Below the pieces are notes generated by a model. That model did not search any database, had not been told where the DNA came from, and saw only the letters and a program-made list of their open reading frames with translations. Positions 38,101-51,869 of a stretch of DNA of 64,000 nt are shown here, in pieces. Numbering within the stretch: position 1 is the first letter of the stretch; the number at the start of each line of letters is the position of its first letter. This DNA is from Octopus sinensis (lineage: Eukaryota). Made by a program: the position numbers and the translations under genes. The stretch spans positions 52,836,464 through 52,900,463 of the forward strand of contig NC_043011.1 of assembly GCF_006345805.1 (NCBI RefSeq), in the 5' to 3' direction.

Positions 38101-38672
38101 CTGAATAATAATAATATTAATAATAATAATAATAATAATGTAATATCTTATAATAATTATGTTTGTCACTCCGTTACTTAGCCCATCTGTAATGCTTCTC
38201 TGTGATTAATTGAAGTAGATGTGCAGTTTCGGGCATTTATCAAACCTTTGAACAGTCCCATCGACCCCCACCCCCACCCAGGGGTCAATATCGACCACTT
38301 TGGAGACCATTGATCTAAGGCCATAGTAAAGACTTTCCCAAGATACTATGCATTAGGATTAAACCTGGGTCCCAGCTCATGATTGTGAAGCAAACTTCTA
38401 AGCCATTGGGCCATGTGTTCACTGAGGCACAGATATACACTGCACTGAAACAATATTCACACATCTGGATAGTGTGAGTATTACTACTGCTATGACCACC
38501 ACTCCTTAAAATCACTCCCTTCAAAAAGGACATATTGGATACTATGAATCTGGATTCCAAGCAAATAGGTAAAAAATGGGATGGTCATAACAGGAATGCT
38601 TTCGATCATTAGGTCTGATTGATCATGGCTAACTTGAGGCTAAACAAGAACTTTCTCTCTCTGCCCACCTGC

Positions 38673-38724
<52 letters not shown>

Positions 38725-39059
38725 ATCATAGCCAAAACTGAAAGCTGAATATGTTCTCAATTTTCAACACTTGACAGTCCCTAATCATATTTATCTACTC
38801 TTTATCTCTTCAAGCCAACAACAACAGTCACATCTCCTGTGAACTTATTGACTGTAATATCATTCCTACTTTAAACCCAAACCCCTAGCATATTTCTCAC
38901 TATTCCACCTTTGAACTTATTGACTGTACCTAACATATTTCTCACTATGCCACCAAACACCATATCAAATATTTCATTTTAGCTATCCCCCAGAATTACA
39001 TCACTGTGGATCTCCCTTACCCATCAATGTTTCGCCACCATCACAACCGACAATAAAAA

Positions 39060-39425
39060 ACAACTGGACTGCAAACCACATCGTTCCAGGTTCAGTCCCA
39101 CTGTGTGGCACTTAGGGTGTCTTCTACTATAGCCTCAGGCCTCGGGAGAGGATTTGGAAGACGGAAACTGAAAGAAACCCGTCGTATATGTATATATACC
39201 TATATCTATTTATCGATGTGTGTGTGTGTGTGTGTTTGTCCCTCTCCACTGCTTGACAACCAGTGTTGGTGTGTTTACATACCCGTAAATTAGCAGTTTG
39301 GCAAAAAAGACAGAAAAATAATAAGTACAAAAATAAGAACTGGGGTCGAGTCATTCAACTAAAATTCTTCAAGTGGTGCTCCAGCATGGCCACAGTCCAA
39401 TGACTGAAACAAATAAAAGATAAAG
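39060..39425 (+). mobile_element. SINE family A copy
   Basis: ggttcagtcccactgtgtggcac...cggaaactgaaagaaacccgtcg...gactgaaacaaataaaaga. Confidence 0.8.
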
Positions 39426-40624
39426 AAAATGTCCAACCTTCTTCCAGTCTAAGAAAAGTCTATGAGCACCATCACACCTTATAAGAGCAACTGCCCCACT
39501 ACACACATTAACGGTTAGGGGAGAAAATATGAGCAGAGTGAGAATTTCAGAGAGAGGAAGAACTCCAGAGAGAGGAAGAAGGTTTGGAGTACAGTTAGGA
39601 GAATAAATGATACATAATGGGAAGGAGGTATGATGGGTGGCGGTAGGTAAAGAAACCACTGAACATAGTCTGTTTAGGGAAATGGGTAGGGTAGCATACA
39701 ATCATCATAGGGTAGTATAGAATCATAGGGAAATGGATAGGGTAGTATACAATCATCATTTTTAAAAGGGGATGGGTATCTTGTGATTACATTTGAAAAG
39801 GTAATAAGGAGGCACAGGTTAACAATGGAACAGTGTTTGAAAGAAATCAGCTCAGATGAGCAGAAGCCATTGTGCTAGCCATAGAACTGTTGGAGAGCTG
39901 ACATATCTCTATGGTGGATATAATTAAATGGTGATTAAACACACACCAACCAAGTAGACAGCGTTTTCTTTTGTGTTGTGTGCACACACATGCATGCATG
40001 TGTGTGTGTGTGTGTGTGTGCATGCACACAATCCCACATATGTCAGCAATACTCTATTCAAGGTAAGGTAAATTTTTTGCAATGGATCAGCAGTAAACCT
40101 TTAATGTTAGTACTACATTTCTCTGGAATTCTCATTCTGATCGTGTTTTTACTCCATAACATCGAACCTATGAGAATATTCTCTGACAATGAAAAAATAA
40201 GAGAAATAAAAAGAATAATAATAATCTATCTTTTGTGACACAATCTCGATCCTCTGAAATAATAAACATTTACTACAGTTGACAAAATTTTTTTTTTTTT
40301 CTGATTGCCTTCAGTCTACATAATAGCAAAAATCTGCCCTAGTTATGTAGTCTGTGTTATATAATATTAATGAATACCTATTCATACAGAATACAATAAT
40401 ACAATAGAGAAAGGGGTGGGGCAAACTGTTTTCAATAGTTACTCACTATGTGACTGAAAATAAAATAATGATAATAAATTCTAAAGAAATACATTCCAAG
40501 AATTAAAACATGTTGCAACATGGATGCCAGAGAATTTCACTGTTCTGCTTTGGCATTAAATACACAATAATTTAAACTCAGTGCAGGTTTCAATTATATA
40601 GAATAACAGAAGACATTAAAAAAG

Positions 40625-41040
40625 AACTACATATATACATACATATATATATGCATATATACATATATACATGCATATATACATATATACATGCATATAT
40701 ACATATATACATACATATATACATACATATATACATACATATATACATACATATATATATATATACATACATATATATATATATACAAATATACATACAT
40801 ATATATATATATACAAATATACATATATACAAATATACATACATATATATATATATATACAAATATACATACATATATATATATATATATACAAATATAC
40901 ATACATATATACATACATATATACAAATATACATACATATATACATACATATATACAAATATACATATATATACAAATATACATACATATATACAAATAT
41001 ACATACATATATACATACTATATACATACATATATACATA

Positions 41041-41130
<90 letters not shown>

Positions 41131-41337
41131 CATACATATAATATATACATACATATATATATATACATACATATATATATATACTACATATATATATATA
41201 CATACATATATATATATACATACATATATATATACATACATATATAATATACATACATATATATACATACATACATATATACATACATACATATATATAC
41301 ATACATACATATATATACATACATAATATATATATAC

Positions 41338-41368
<31 letters not shown>

Positions 41369-41786
41369 CATACATATATATATATACATACATATATATA
41401 TATACATACATATATATATATACATACATATATATAACATATATATATATATACATACATAATATATATATATACACATATATATATATACACATATATA
41501 TATATACATACATATATATATATACTACATATATATATATACATACATATATATATATACATACATATATATATATACATACATATATATATATACATAC
41601 ATATATATATATACATACATATATATATACATACATATATATATATATACATACATATATATATACATACATATATATATATACATACATATATATATAT
41701 ATACATATATATATACATACATATATACATATACATATATATATATACATACATATATACATATACATACATATATACATATATAT

Positions 41787-41818
<32 letters not shown>

Positions 41819-42253
41819 CATATATATATATACATACATATATACATATATATATATACACATATATATATATACATATATATATATACATATATATATA
41901 CATATATATATATACATATATATATACATATATATATACATACATATACATATATATATACATATATATATACATACATATACATATATATATACATATA
42001 TATATACATATATATATACATACATATATACATACATATATATATACATACATATATACATACATATATATATACATACATATATATATATACGTATATA
42101 CATACATATATATATATATATACATACATATATATATATATATACATACATATATATATACATACATATATATATATATATACGTATATACATACATATA
42201 TATATATATATATACGTATATACATACATATATATATATATATATATACATAT

Positions 42254-42284
<31 letters not shown>

Positions 42285-42289
42285 CATAT

Positions 42290-42332
<43 letters not shown>
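40625..42332. repeat. ~1.7-kb (TA)/(TACA) compound microsatellite
   Basis: Continuous alternating TA/CA units. Confidence 0.97.
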
Positions 42333-42333
<1 letters not shown>

Positions 42334-43304
42334 GGAGCTTTTAAATATTTATAAAATCTGGGAAACCAATTTCAGTTTGTTTCCCATATTGTGTTTGTGA
42401 GTGTGTGTATGTGCATTCTAAACTTGATACACAAGTTTTATGAATAATAATAGGTGGCTGAGTCATGAGCAAGGCAGCTTGCTTTGAGCCAGACAGTGAA
42501 AGGCTGGATTATATCTTGTCATTGGCACTATGCTGGGTCACTAGAAAGGGCATTTGACTTTCCTAATTCAGTTTACTAATTATGAACAAGTACCGTGGGG
42601 AGGTACAAATCAATTAGCTTTTAACAGAAACCAAGCAAAAGAAGGAGTCCCTGTAGTCACTTGACCTGCAAAAATAGCATTCAAATCTACCTCAAATCAC
42701 CCTGTTCTATATTTAGAAAGGATATGTGGGATGACGCTGTCCTGGGTTCACTATACAAAAGAAAATGATGGGATGGTCAAGGCTGTAATGCCTTGATTAG
42801 GGCTGACCTGTAATGACAATAGTCCAGCAAACCGTAGGTGCTGCAGCTTAGCTGTTAATAGGTATTATAGGAGAATGCAGTTAATATACATTAGAGAAGA
42901 GTGTAGTTCTCTGCTTTAAGTAGCGGAGACCATAGTGTGTATTTGACGAGTGAGTCTTTTGATTGATAAACCATCCACACGAGAAAAAAAGTGAATGGTC
43001 TCTGAAACCTTTAATGCAATGGAAACTAGTAGATGCTCTGTTAATAGTAGACAATAAAAATAAAAAGATAAATATTGACAAGACCAAGGAAGGTTGAAAT
43101 CACATGATCTAATTGTCTTGGTGCCAGAGGTGGCAGGGATTATAAACATGAATGCATTTTGGACCAGAAGACAATATGAGAGTTTCTCTCATGGTGACTA
43201 CTGCAGTATAGTTTGTTGTAACAGAACATCCACATTTGAGTGGAGATAAATATTACCTCTCAGTACTAATGCTACCTCTGCTGCTAACAAATGTTTTAAA
43301 AAGA

Positions 43305-43458
43305 GTGGCTGTGTGGTAAGTAGCTTGTTTACCAACCACATGGTTCTGGGTTCAGTCCCACTGCGTGGCACCTTGGGCAAGTGTCTTCTACTATAGCCTC
43401 GGGCCGACCAAAGCCTTGTGAGTGGATTTGGTAGATGGAAACTGAAAGAAGCCCGTCG

Positions 43459-43493
<35 letters not shown>

Positions 43494-43706
43494 GCATGTA
43501 TGTTTGTATGTCTGTGTTTGTCCCCCCAACATCGCTTGACAACCGATGCTGGTGTATTTATGTCCCCGTCACTTAGCGGTTCGGCAAAAGAGACCGATAG
43601 AATAAGTACTGGGCTTACAAAGAGTAAGTCCCGGGGTCGAGTTGCTCGATTAAAGGCAGTGCTCCAGCATGGCTGCAGTCAAATGACTGAAACAAGTAAA
43701 AGAGTA
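43305..43706 (+). mobile_element. SINE family A copy (low divergence)
   Basis: gagtggctgtgtggtaagtagcttg...gactgaaacaagtaaaagagt. Confidence 0.9.
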
Positions 43707-44352
43707 TATGCAGATAAGAAATAGGATGGTCTCACCACCTTCAAACCGTCCAACCCATGACAGTATGGAAAATGGACATTAAATGAGGACATTGCTGTCA
43801 TGTGTAAATGACATCATGCAAAGACACCTGGAATGTAAACATCATGCACATGTAGACACACACATATATACACAACAGACTTCCATACAGTTTCCATCAA
43901 ATAATTTCATTCACAAGGCCTAGAACAGATTAGAACAGAAGACACTTGCTAAAGGTATTATTAGGCAGACTATTTAAGAATATACATCTAACTTTGCTCT
44001 CATATAGTTTTAAAGTTAGAATATCTAGAAAGAACGTATAGTTGGCCAGGCAATCAAAGATTCATGATTTTGAGTTAGATTCAATTTATTTAGCTTTTAT
44101 ACAACAAACAGAACACATTAAATCAGGTTGATTGTATACGAGCTGATAGCCAGAATCAATCATCCAGTAGAGAAGAATGGAGAGTAAATAAGTGTGAAAT
44201 TACATTATTGAGCATAAATTGATTTTAATTAAAAATATATATTCGTATAGAAAATTAATTCACATGTTCAGTGATATGTTATATTAATTTTTGATACGCT
44301 TTAATGCACTTCTTGGTTTCTACCTCAATCTATGTCACATGTTGTTTTGTGT

Positions 44353-44404
<52 letters not shown>

Positions 44405-44405
<1 letters not shown>

Positions 44406-45192
44406 GAGGTCTGATCAATAAGTATATGGACTGTTGCCATAGTAACGAAGCTAATATGTGGAGTGAAGCCACTTGGCAAAGATTGAACTTGAACTCTGCT
44501 GTGCATGTGCACTAAGTTTTAATGTTCTAGTTCACTTCTGCTGTTTACAGTAGTGCTTGGAAGGAAGGTGTGTAGCATGTGATCATCACATTAACCATGA
44601 CAGAGAAAATTGTCATGGTGATATCTACTCAGAGGCCTATGCAAAGCTGCAGAAAGTGTATGGTGAGGAGTGTATGAGCTGCACACAAGTGTACGAGTGG
44701 TTCAGACGTTTCCAAGATGGCCAAAAAAATGTTGATATTGGCAAACGTTCTGGGAGACACACAACTAGCAGAACTGAGAAAAACATTGCAGATGTGCATG
44801 CAGCTGTGAGGGGAAATCGTTGAATCACCATTGGTGAGTTATCAGAGGATTTGCAGATTAGTTTTGGTTCAGTTCAGTCCATTATCACTGAAGATTTGGG
44901 TATGAGACACATGTCTGCCAAGTTTGTGCCAAAAATGCTTTCAGCTGAACAAAATGACACCTGGGTTTCAGTTGCACAAGATCTCCTTGATTGTATCGAG
45001 AATGAAAACTTTTTGAAAACATGGTGTAGGCCTCTGAGCAGTTATTGCCAAGCTTTTGGCAAAACTTGATGTAGATTCTCTGCTCAACTTTCTCTGTCAT
45101 GGTCAATGCAACGATCATGTGCTACACATCTTCCTTCCAAGTACTGCTGTAAACAGGGGAAGTATGCTAGAATGTTAAAACAGTGCACATTT
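44405..45192 (+). mobile_element. Mariner transposon 5' remnant with an inverted duplication of its 5' region
   Basis: TIR-like cgaggtctgatcaataag; HTH-region peptide EAYAKLQKVYGEECMSCTQVYEWFRRFQDG...RSGR...LGMRHMSAKFVPKML. Segment 45027-45192 is the reverse complement of ~44505-44640. Confidence 0.85.
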
Positions 45193-45450
45193 TCTTTATC
45201 TTTTATTTGTTTCAGTCATTGGACTTTGGCCAGGCTGGAGTACCACCTTGAAGAATTTTAGTCGGATGCGCAAGGAGACGTGATCTTTGGTTTAAAAATA
45301 GGTGGCGAGCTGGCAGACACGTTAGCACGCCAGGTAAAATGCTTAGAGTTATTTCGTCTGTCGTTACGTTCTGAGTTCAAATTCTGCCGAGAATCGACCA
45401 AGGTTTGACCATGATTGCTCCAGTTTTCTTTCTTGTATTAAAGAGTAAAC

Positions 45451-46505
45451 ATGGTCGCTCTGCTGGTAGTGTGCACCAAGGAAGAATAGAGATCAATGAT
45501 CTGATTTCTCTGGTTTGAAGGTGTGTCAGGGGCTGAAATTCATCACAAGCTTTCACTACACTACAATGAGGGAACAGTACTCTACCACATAGAAGTGTGT
45601 AAGAGTGTATCAAGAAGTTTAAAAATAGCTAGTCAAGTGTAAAACCTGAAGAGGGAGCAAGGTGCCCATTAACCTCCACTACATATGTAAAGATTTAACA
45701 CGATCATGAGATGGTTCTGGCAAACTGATGAGTGACCATCAATGAAGTAGCAGGTTTTCTGCAAATTAGTCATGGTTCTGCATACAAAATCATCTACAAC
45801 AAGTTTCACTTCTGCAAGGTCTATGCAAGATGGGTGTTGAGAGAGCTTATGGAAGTGCATAAGCACAATTGTGTGGAGATCTATCAACACTTTCTTGGCT
45901 GCTACAACAATGGTGAAACTTTCTTGGAGATTCTCACAGGAGATGAGACCTGACCTGAATCCATCACTATGAACCAGAATCCAAAGGCAGAATTTGGAGG
46001 GGAAGCATCTGGAGTTGCCAGCCAAAAAGAAATTCGTGACAAACTTCTGCAGATAAAAAGATGCTTGCCATTTTTGGGGGCACAAATGAACCTATACTGG
46101 AACATTATCAGGAAAAGGGGCCTACAGTTACCAGCGTAGGCCACATTGAAGTGCTTGCCAATAAGCCAGCAATTTGCACCAAATGCCAAGGTCTGTTGTC
46201 AAATCAAGTGTTATTGTGGCACAACAAAGCACACCCATACACGGCCATCCTCATCATTGAAAAACTGGGTTATGATTTGCTGGGACACTCTGCATCCAGT
46301 TCGTATCTCACCCTTTCCAACTACTACCTCTTTGGACCACTCAAACACTCCTTATGAGGTTGTCAACTTGCTACAGATGAAGAAGCAGTGCATAAATGGT
46401 TGCACAACCAGCCAAAAGCTTTCTTCTCCAATGGAGTAAGCTAGCCTGCGGACCACTGCAAGGAGTGCATCGGAAAGCAAGGAGACTAGGTCGGAAAATG
46501 ATGTA
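45451..46505 (+). mobile_element. Decayed mariner transposase
   Basis: Frameshifted motifs FCKVYARWVLR, FLEILTGDET, LLWHNKAHPYT and LTLSNYYLFGPLKHSL (cf. GDETW, HDNARPH, SPDLAPSDYHLF). Confidence 0.85.
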
Positions 46506-46677
46506 AGGCGCAGGAGTGGCTGTGTGGTAAGTAGCTTGCTTACCAACCACATGGTTCTGGGTTCAGTCCCACTGTGTGGCACCTTGGGCAAGTGTCTTCT
46601 ACTATAACCTCGGGCCGACCAAAGCCTTGTGAGTGGATTTGGTAGACGGAAACTGAAAGAAGCCCGTCGTATATATG

Positions 46678-46712
<35 letters not shown>

Positions 46713-46862
46713 TTGTCCCCCTAGCATTGCTTGACAACCGATGCTGGTGTGTTTACGTCCCCGTCACTTAGCGGTTCGGCAAAAGAGACCGATATAATAA
46801 GTACTGGGCTTACGAAGAATAAGTCCCGGGTTCGAGTTGCTCGATTAAAGTAAAAAGAGAAA
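46506..46862 (+). mobile_element. SINE family A copy (low divergence)
   Basis: aggcgcaggagtggctgtgtggtaagtagc...gctcgattaaagtaaaaagaga. Confidence 0.9.
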
Positions 46863-46941
46863 AAAGAGAAGTGTTCAACACCTGTGTTTGTTTTACTAAA
46901 TCACAAAAAAAAGAATGAATATAATTTCGACTTATCCTCAT

Positions 46942-46976
<35 letters not shown>

Positions 46977-47859
46977 CATATATGGGTATGTATGTATACA
47001 CACACATGTATATATGTGTATGTGTGTGTGTATATACTAGGCATTACATACTACTTTGTTTTAGCTATCACAGCCATGGCCATGCTGTAGCAATACCTTC
47101 ATGCTTCACAAGTGAGAATATGTTCATATGCTATAAGGAGACATGAATGAAAACTCTGAAGAAGCAGTGACCTTTGTAAAGAAAATTTAAACGTTTAGTG
47201 GGTAACACAGAACAATTAAGCTTAAAGTATGTGTGGGGGAGAGGAAAGACATAAAAGAGTAAGGATAGAGGTAACCAAGCAAAGAAGGTGTTAGTAGAAC
47301 ACCCAGTTGACATAATGAAGGAGTGGGAGTAATGACAATTATGAGTTACAGACTAAAACACAATTGTGAATGGGAGGTGCTAATATGTTGCGAGTGATAA
47401 GTCTTTAAGTAGAAATACACACACATACACACACACACAGAGAAAAAGATAAGGAAGAGAAAAAAGCATAAGAAAAACAGGAATGTCAATGTATACATGT
47501 AAAGGGCAAAGGGTGAGAATGAGTGTGTGTGTGTGCATGCATGCACGGATTAGCAAAAGTGCTGACGAATGTAAGAAGGTCAAGATAATGAAACAGGAAG
47601 ATTATTAGAAAAGAAAAATATTTCATTTAAGCTGGTTATACAAGATTTTGCCTAGAGAAGAGATAAGTTGCTTCTTATGCTCACAGATATGAGATCTGTG
47701 GTATAAGGCAACGTTGCACATTCAGAGGTAGTGAACGATGTGGCCTGATGAATTGAAATGATAGGCTGGAGTTTTGCAGATATCCTGAGATTTGTTGTAG
47801 ACGAGATGCTTACAAAAACAGTACTCTAGTCACCACTAACTATGAATAATGGTTTTAAA

Positions 47860-48040
47860 TTTTGGCACAAGGCTAGCAATTACATCGACCCCCAGTACTC
47901 AACAGGTACTTATTTTATGAACCCCGAAAGGATGAAAGGCAAAGTCAACCTCAGCAGAATTTGAACTCAGAATGCAAAGATGGCTGAAATGCCACTAAAT
48001 ATTTTGTCCAGCGTGCTAACAATTCTACCAGCTTGCCGCA
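47860..48040 (-). mobile_element. SINE family B copy
   Basis: ggtacttattttatgaaccccgaaaggatgaaaggcaaagtcaacctc...ccagcttgccgc. Confidence 0.75.
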
Positions 48041-49649
48041 TCCCACTATAAATAATGCATTGAAAAGTTCGCATGTAACAGATAAGATTGGTTAAAGATA
48101 GAGGAATTTGAGGCTGGTCACAATGATAACAACAGCAGAATGGGAAAAGGTTAATGCACTTACTGGGTTTACAGTTAAAACTGAAATAAATCTAGGTAGT
48201 ACTTAGTGGGCAGTCACTAATTCTGAACTATGACAAGGCTAGCTCAGTAACAGCAAAAGTTCTACATCTAGAAATAGTTAAATATAGTAATAACCATTAT
48301 ACAGTGCTACCAGCATCTGTGGACTGTAGCTATTAGTACAATCTCTAGGTTGTACACTTGGAGAGAAACAATTATATGCTACATACAAAATATTAGATAA
48401 AATGTTTATTTTGGCCAAAGATAATACAGGCTTCTTTGCTAATACTACTAGAGTGACCAACACTTGTGATTAGTAAAGAGCTGCTCACAGTAATAGGATT
48501 CCACTAATCCATTTCTAATCATTATGTAAATCTTAATCTGCTATGAATAATGATATCAAGTGGCATTAATTGTTGAAGAAGCTCTGAAATTGAAATTAGG
48601 CTAAATACATCAAATTTAGCGAACAGGTTGTTAAAATCTCACAAGTATCTCATTAGAAATACCCCAATGATTGAACAAAATATATATTAATAGAAGGAAG
48701 GAAGGTACACACTTTGCACTCGACAATAATAGATTATGAGGAAAATATGTAACAGAAAAATGAAATAAATAAATAACTATGGCTGAATTTGCCCTGATTA
48801 AATTTATGTTTACACACACACACACACATAAATATGGTCACCTGAAAAACCACCTTGAATGAGTTTCTGAGCAGCAATTGAGAGACTCACCATACAAAAA
48901 ACTCTACACCATGTATTGAGTACTCTTTCTTTCATTGCTAAACTAGAGAGAGACAGAGAGGATGTGTGTGTGTGTGCACATGCATGTGTGTGTGTGTGTG
49001 TGCATGTGTGTGTATGTGTGTGTATGTGTGTGTGCGTGTACGCACATCAAAACAGAAGACTGAAAAATTTTGGTATATTTTTTTTTATTTTATGCTGTAT
49101 GTGTTTCATTACAAGATAGGAGTTACAAACAAATATTTGTAGAAAAAAACGTACAGAATCTCCTACCCATAGTTCTACAGCTTGGATTATAACCCCTTCT
49201 ATTCCATATGTATATATGTGTGATTTATCTTTCTCATTTATATCAATAAACTACTCTCGACATACATACATGTGTGTGTAAATGTTTATCATATGAAAAA
49301 TTGACAGACTATTGAGAGTTTGACCCTGGGCTGAGATGTTCGACTGTCCAGTAGAATAAACTGTTTGCAGTTTACATCAGGGTGCATTGACCTTGGAAAA
49401 GGATGTGTGGGTGGACTGATGATTACTTTTGAAAACTAATTTGAAATGTGAGTAATTATAATGGAAAGATATTGTATGAATAGATTGGGACAATCCTTAA
49501 CTCTTTTCATATTTGCTAATAGGATGAAACTGAGTAGACTTTTGATTAAAAAACATAGCTATATCCTCTACTCAACATATTGATTTCTTCACTAGATCAT
49601 ATTTGCACTAGATAAAAAAATATTCTCAATATATCTTATAACTGTTTGG

Positions 49650-50320
49650 CAGCAAGCTGGCAGAATCGTTAGCACACCAGGCAAAATACTTAGTGGCATT
49701 TCATCCATCTTTATGTTCTAAGATCAAATTCAGCCAAGGTTGACTTTGCCTTTCATCCTTTCAGAGTCAATAGATTAAGTACCAGTTGAGCACTGGGGTC
49801 AATGTAATCAATTTACTCCTTTGCTCAAAATTGCTGGCCTTGTGTCAAAATTTGAAATCAGTATATTTTATAACACTTTGGTGGCAGGCTGGCAGAATCA
49901 TTAACCTGCCAGGTAAAATGCTCAGCAGCATTTCAACTGTCTCTACATTCTGAGTTCAAATGTTCCAAGGGTCAACTTTGCCTTTCATCCTTTCAAAGTC
50001 AATGAAATAAGTACCAGTTGAGCACTGGGGTCAATGTAATCAACTTACCACCTCCCCCACAATTACTGGCCTTGTGCCAAAATTTGAAATCAATATATTT
50101 TGTAATTCTTTGGTGATGAGCTGGCAGAATCATTAGCATGCCAGGCAAAATGCTTTGCGGCATTTTATCTGTCTTTACATTCTGAGTTCAAATTCCGTTG
50201 AAGTCGACTGCCTTTCATACTTTCAGGGTCAATAAAATAATTACCAGTACTCAACTGGGGCTCGATGTAATCAATTTATCCCACCTTCCAAAATTGTACC
50301 AAAATTTGAAATCTATATAT
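49650..50320 (+). mobile_element. Three head-to-tail SINE family B copies
   Basis: gctggcagaatc.ttagc...aagtaccagttgagcactggggtcaatgtaatcaa...ccaaaatttgaaatc.atatattt recurs at ~49650, ~49885 and ~50115. Confidence 0.85.
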
Positions 50321-50624
50321 TTTATAACTCTTACATTATGATGTATGTGTGTGCATGTGTGTGTCAGTCATTGTCATTTTAATGTATACTCATCCAAGCT
50401 CACTTGGGTTTGATGAAATTTTGTTAAGGCAGATTTTCAATGGCCAGGTACCCTTTCTGTTGTCAACCTTAACCTGTTTCCATGTAAGGTAATACTTCTC
50501 AGTGACTGGACATGTTTTCACAGAAGATTAAGAATGAAGGACTCCACTTGCAAAACAGAGGTAGTTGTTTGCAACTATCATGCAGTATGAAGGAAAGAAA
50601 ACTGTAACAAACACACATGCACAT

Positions 50625-50790
50625 ACATATATATATGATGAGCTTCTTACAATTTCCGTCTACCAAATCCACTCATAATGCTTTGGTTTGCCTGGGGCTG
50701 TAGCAGAAGATACAAGATGTCATGCAGCAGGATTGAACCCAAAACCATGTGGTTTGGACGCAAACTTCTAACCACACAGCCATGCCTGTA
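50625..50790 (-). mobile_element. SINE family A 5' half
   Basis: gagcttcttacaatttccgtctaccaaatccactc...accacacagccatgcctg. Confidence 0.75.
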
Positions 50791-51160
50791 TAGTACAAAT
50801 TTATTCTTAAACAAGACTGTTGTTGAAAGTGACTTCGAAATTTCAGCCAGCTAAGTTCCAAAACTTTGAAGTTACTGTTAACAACATTCTTGTTTAAGAA
50901 CAATAAATTTGTAGTCAACAAAAGTATGAGTAGCCCATGAGATTAATGTAAAATTGTTTTTATTGTAACTGAACATAAAAATAATACATTTATATATATA
51001 TTATACACATATATATAGTTTGATGATGATCATGCAAACTTAAAACCATAACACACATATCTGACAAAAGTAAGGTTATTGTTCTTTTGTGACACTTGGT
51101 GTCATGTGATAGTTCATTAGCATGATCATCATTACACTACATTACACATCTTCAGTATTT

Positions 51161-51665
51161 ACAGTTCTATATTTAAGAGATGAGGAATTATGTACATTAT
51201 TTACAATTGACGGATATTTGTCCTTATCTTGTTTGTTATTAACACAACACTTCAGCTGATATACCCTCCAGCCTTCATCAGGAGTCTTGGGGAAATTTCG
51301 AACCTGGGTTCTCATTCCTAAGGTATTTTTCGATGTTATTATTATTAATATTATTCAGGTAACTGCTTGGAATCGAACTCAGAATCTTGGGGTTAGTAGT
51401 TCGCGCTCTTAACCGTGGGCATACGGCATAATGGTTAAGAGCGCGAGATACTAACCCCAAGATTCCGAGTTTAATTCCAGGCAGTGACCTGAATAATATT
51501 AATAATAATAACAACATCGAAAAATACCTTAGGAATGAAAACCCAGGTTCGAAATTTCCCCAAGACTCCTGATGAAGGCTGGAGGGTATATCAGCCGAAA
51601 CGTTGTATTAACAACAAACAAGATGAGGACAAATATCCGTCAACTGTAAATAATGTAAATAATAT
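51161..51665. mobile_element. Head-to-head inverted pair of a tRNA-headed, hammerhead-tailed (Penelope-like pLTR-type) element, with 13-bp TSD
   Basis: The arm ending at 51414 and the arm starting at 51433 are inverted repeats around an 18-nt spacer. atcttcagtattt occurs at 51148-51160 and 51666-51678. Each arm has a tRNA-like head (ggcataatggttaagagcgc...gagtttaattcc) and CTGATGA-ggctg..cagcc-GAAA. Confidence 0.8.
51563..51609 (+). ncRNA. Minimal type I hammerhead motif (stem I partly decayed)
   Basis: agactc-CUGAUGA-a-GGCUG gaggguauau CAGCC-GAA-ACGU-U-guauu. The palindromic ACGU stem III is the dimer-acting type known from Penelope-like elements; stem I has 2 mismatches. Confidence 0.65.
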
Positions 51666-51869
51666 ATCTTCAGTATTTTCCTGTGTATATATGTGTGTGT
51701 GCATGTGTGTAGACAATTGCATACAGAAGTGCCGATCATTTAAAATGGATGGAACTTGTGGAAGAGGGAGACCCAGGAAGACGGGACAAAGTATTGAAAT
51801 GATTAAGAACCAAGATATCTGGTACATTGCTTTACGGAAGAAGACCCCTCCACCACAGCAGAATTAATA

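Noticed and set aside
40590-42331. Many Tyr/Ile/Met/Cys/Val ORFs on both strands
   Set aside because: Translations of a TA/CA microsatellite.
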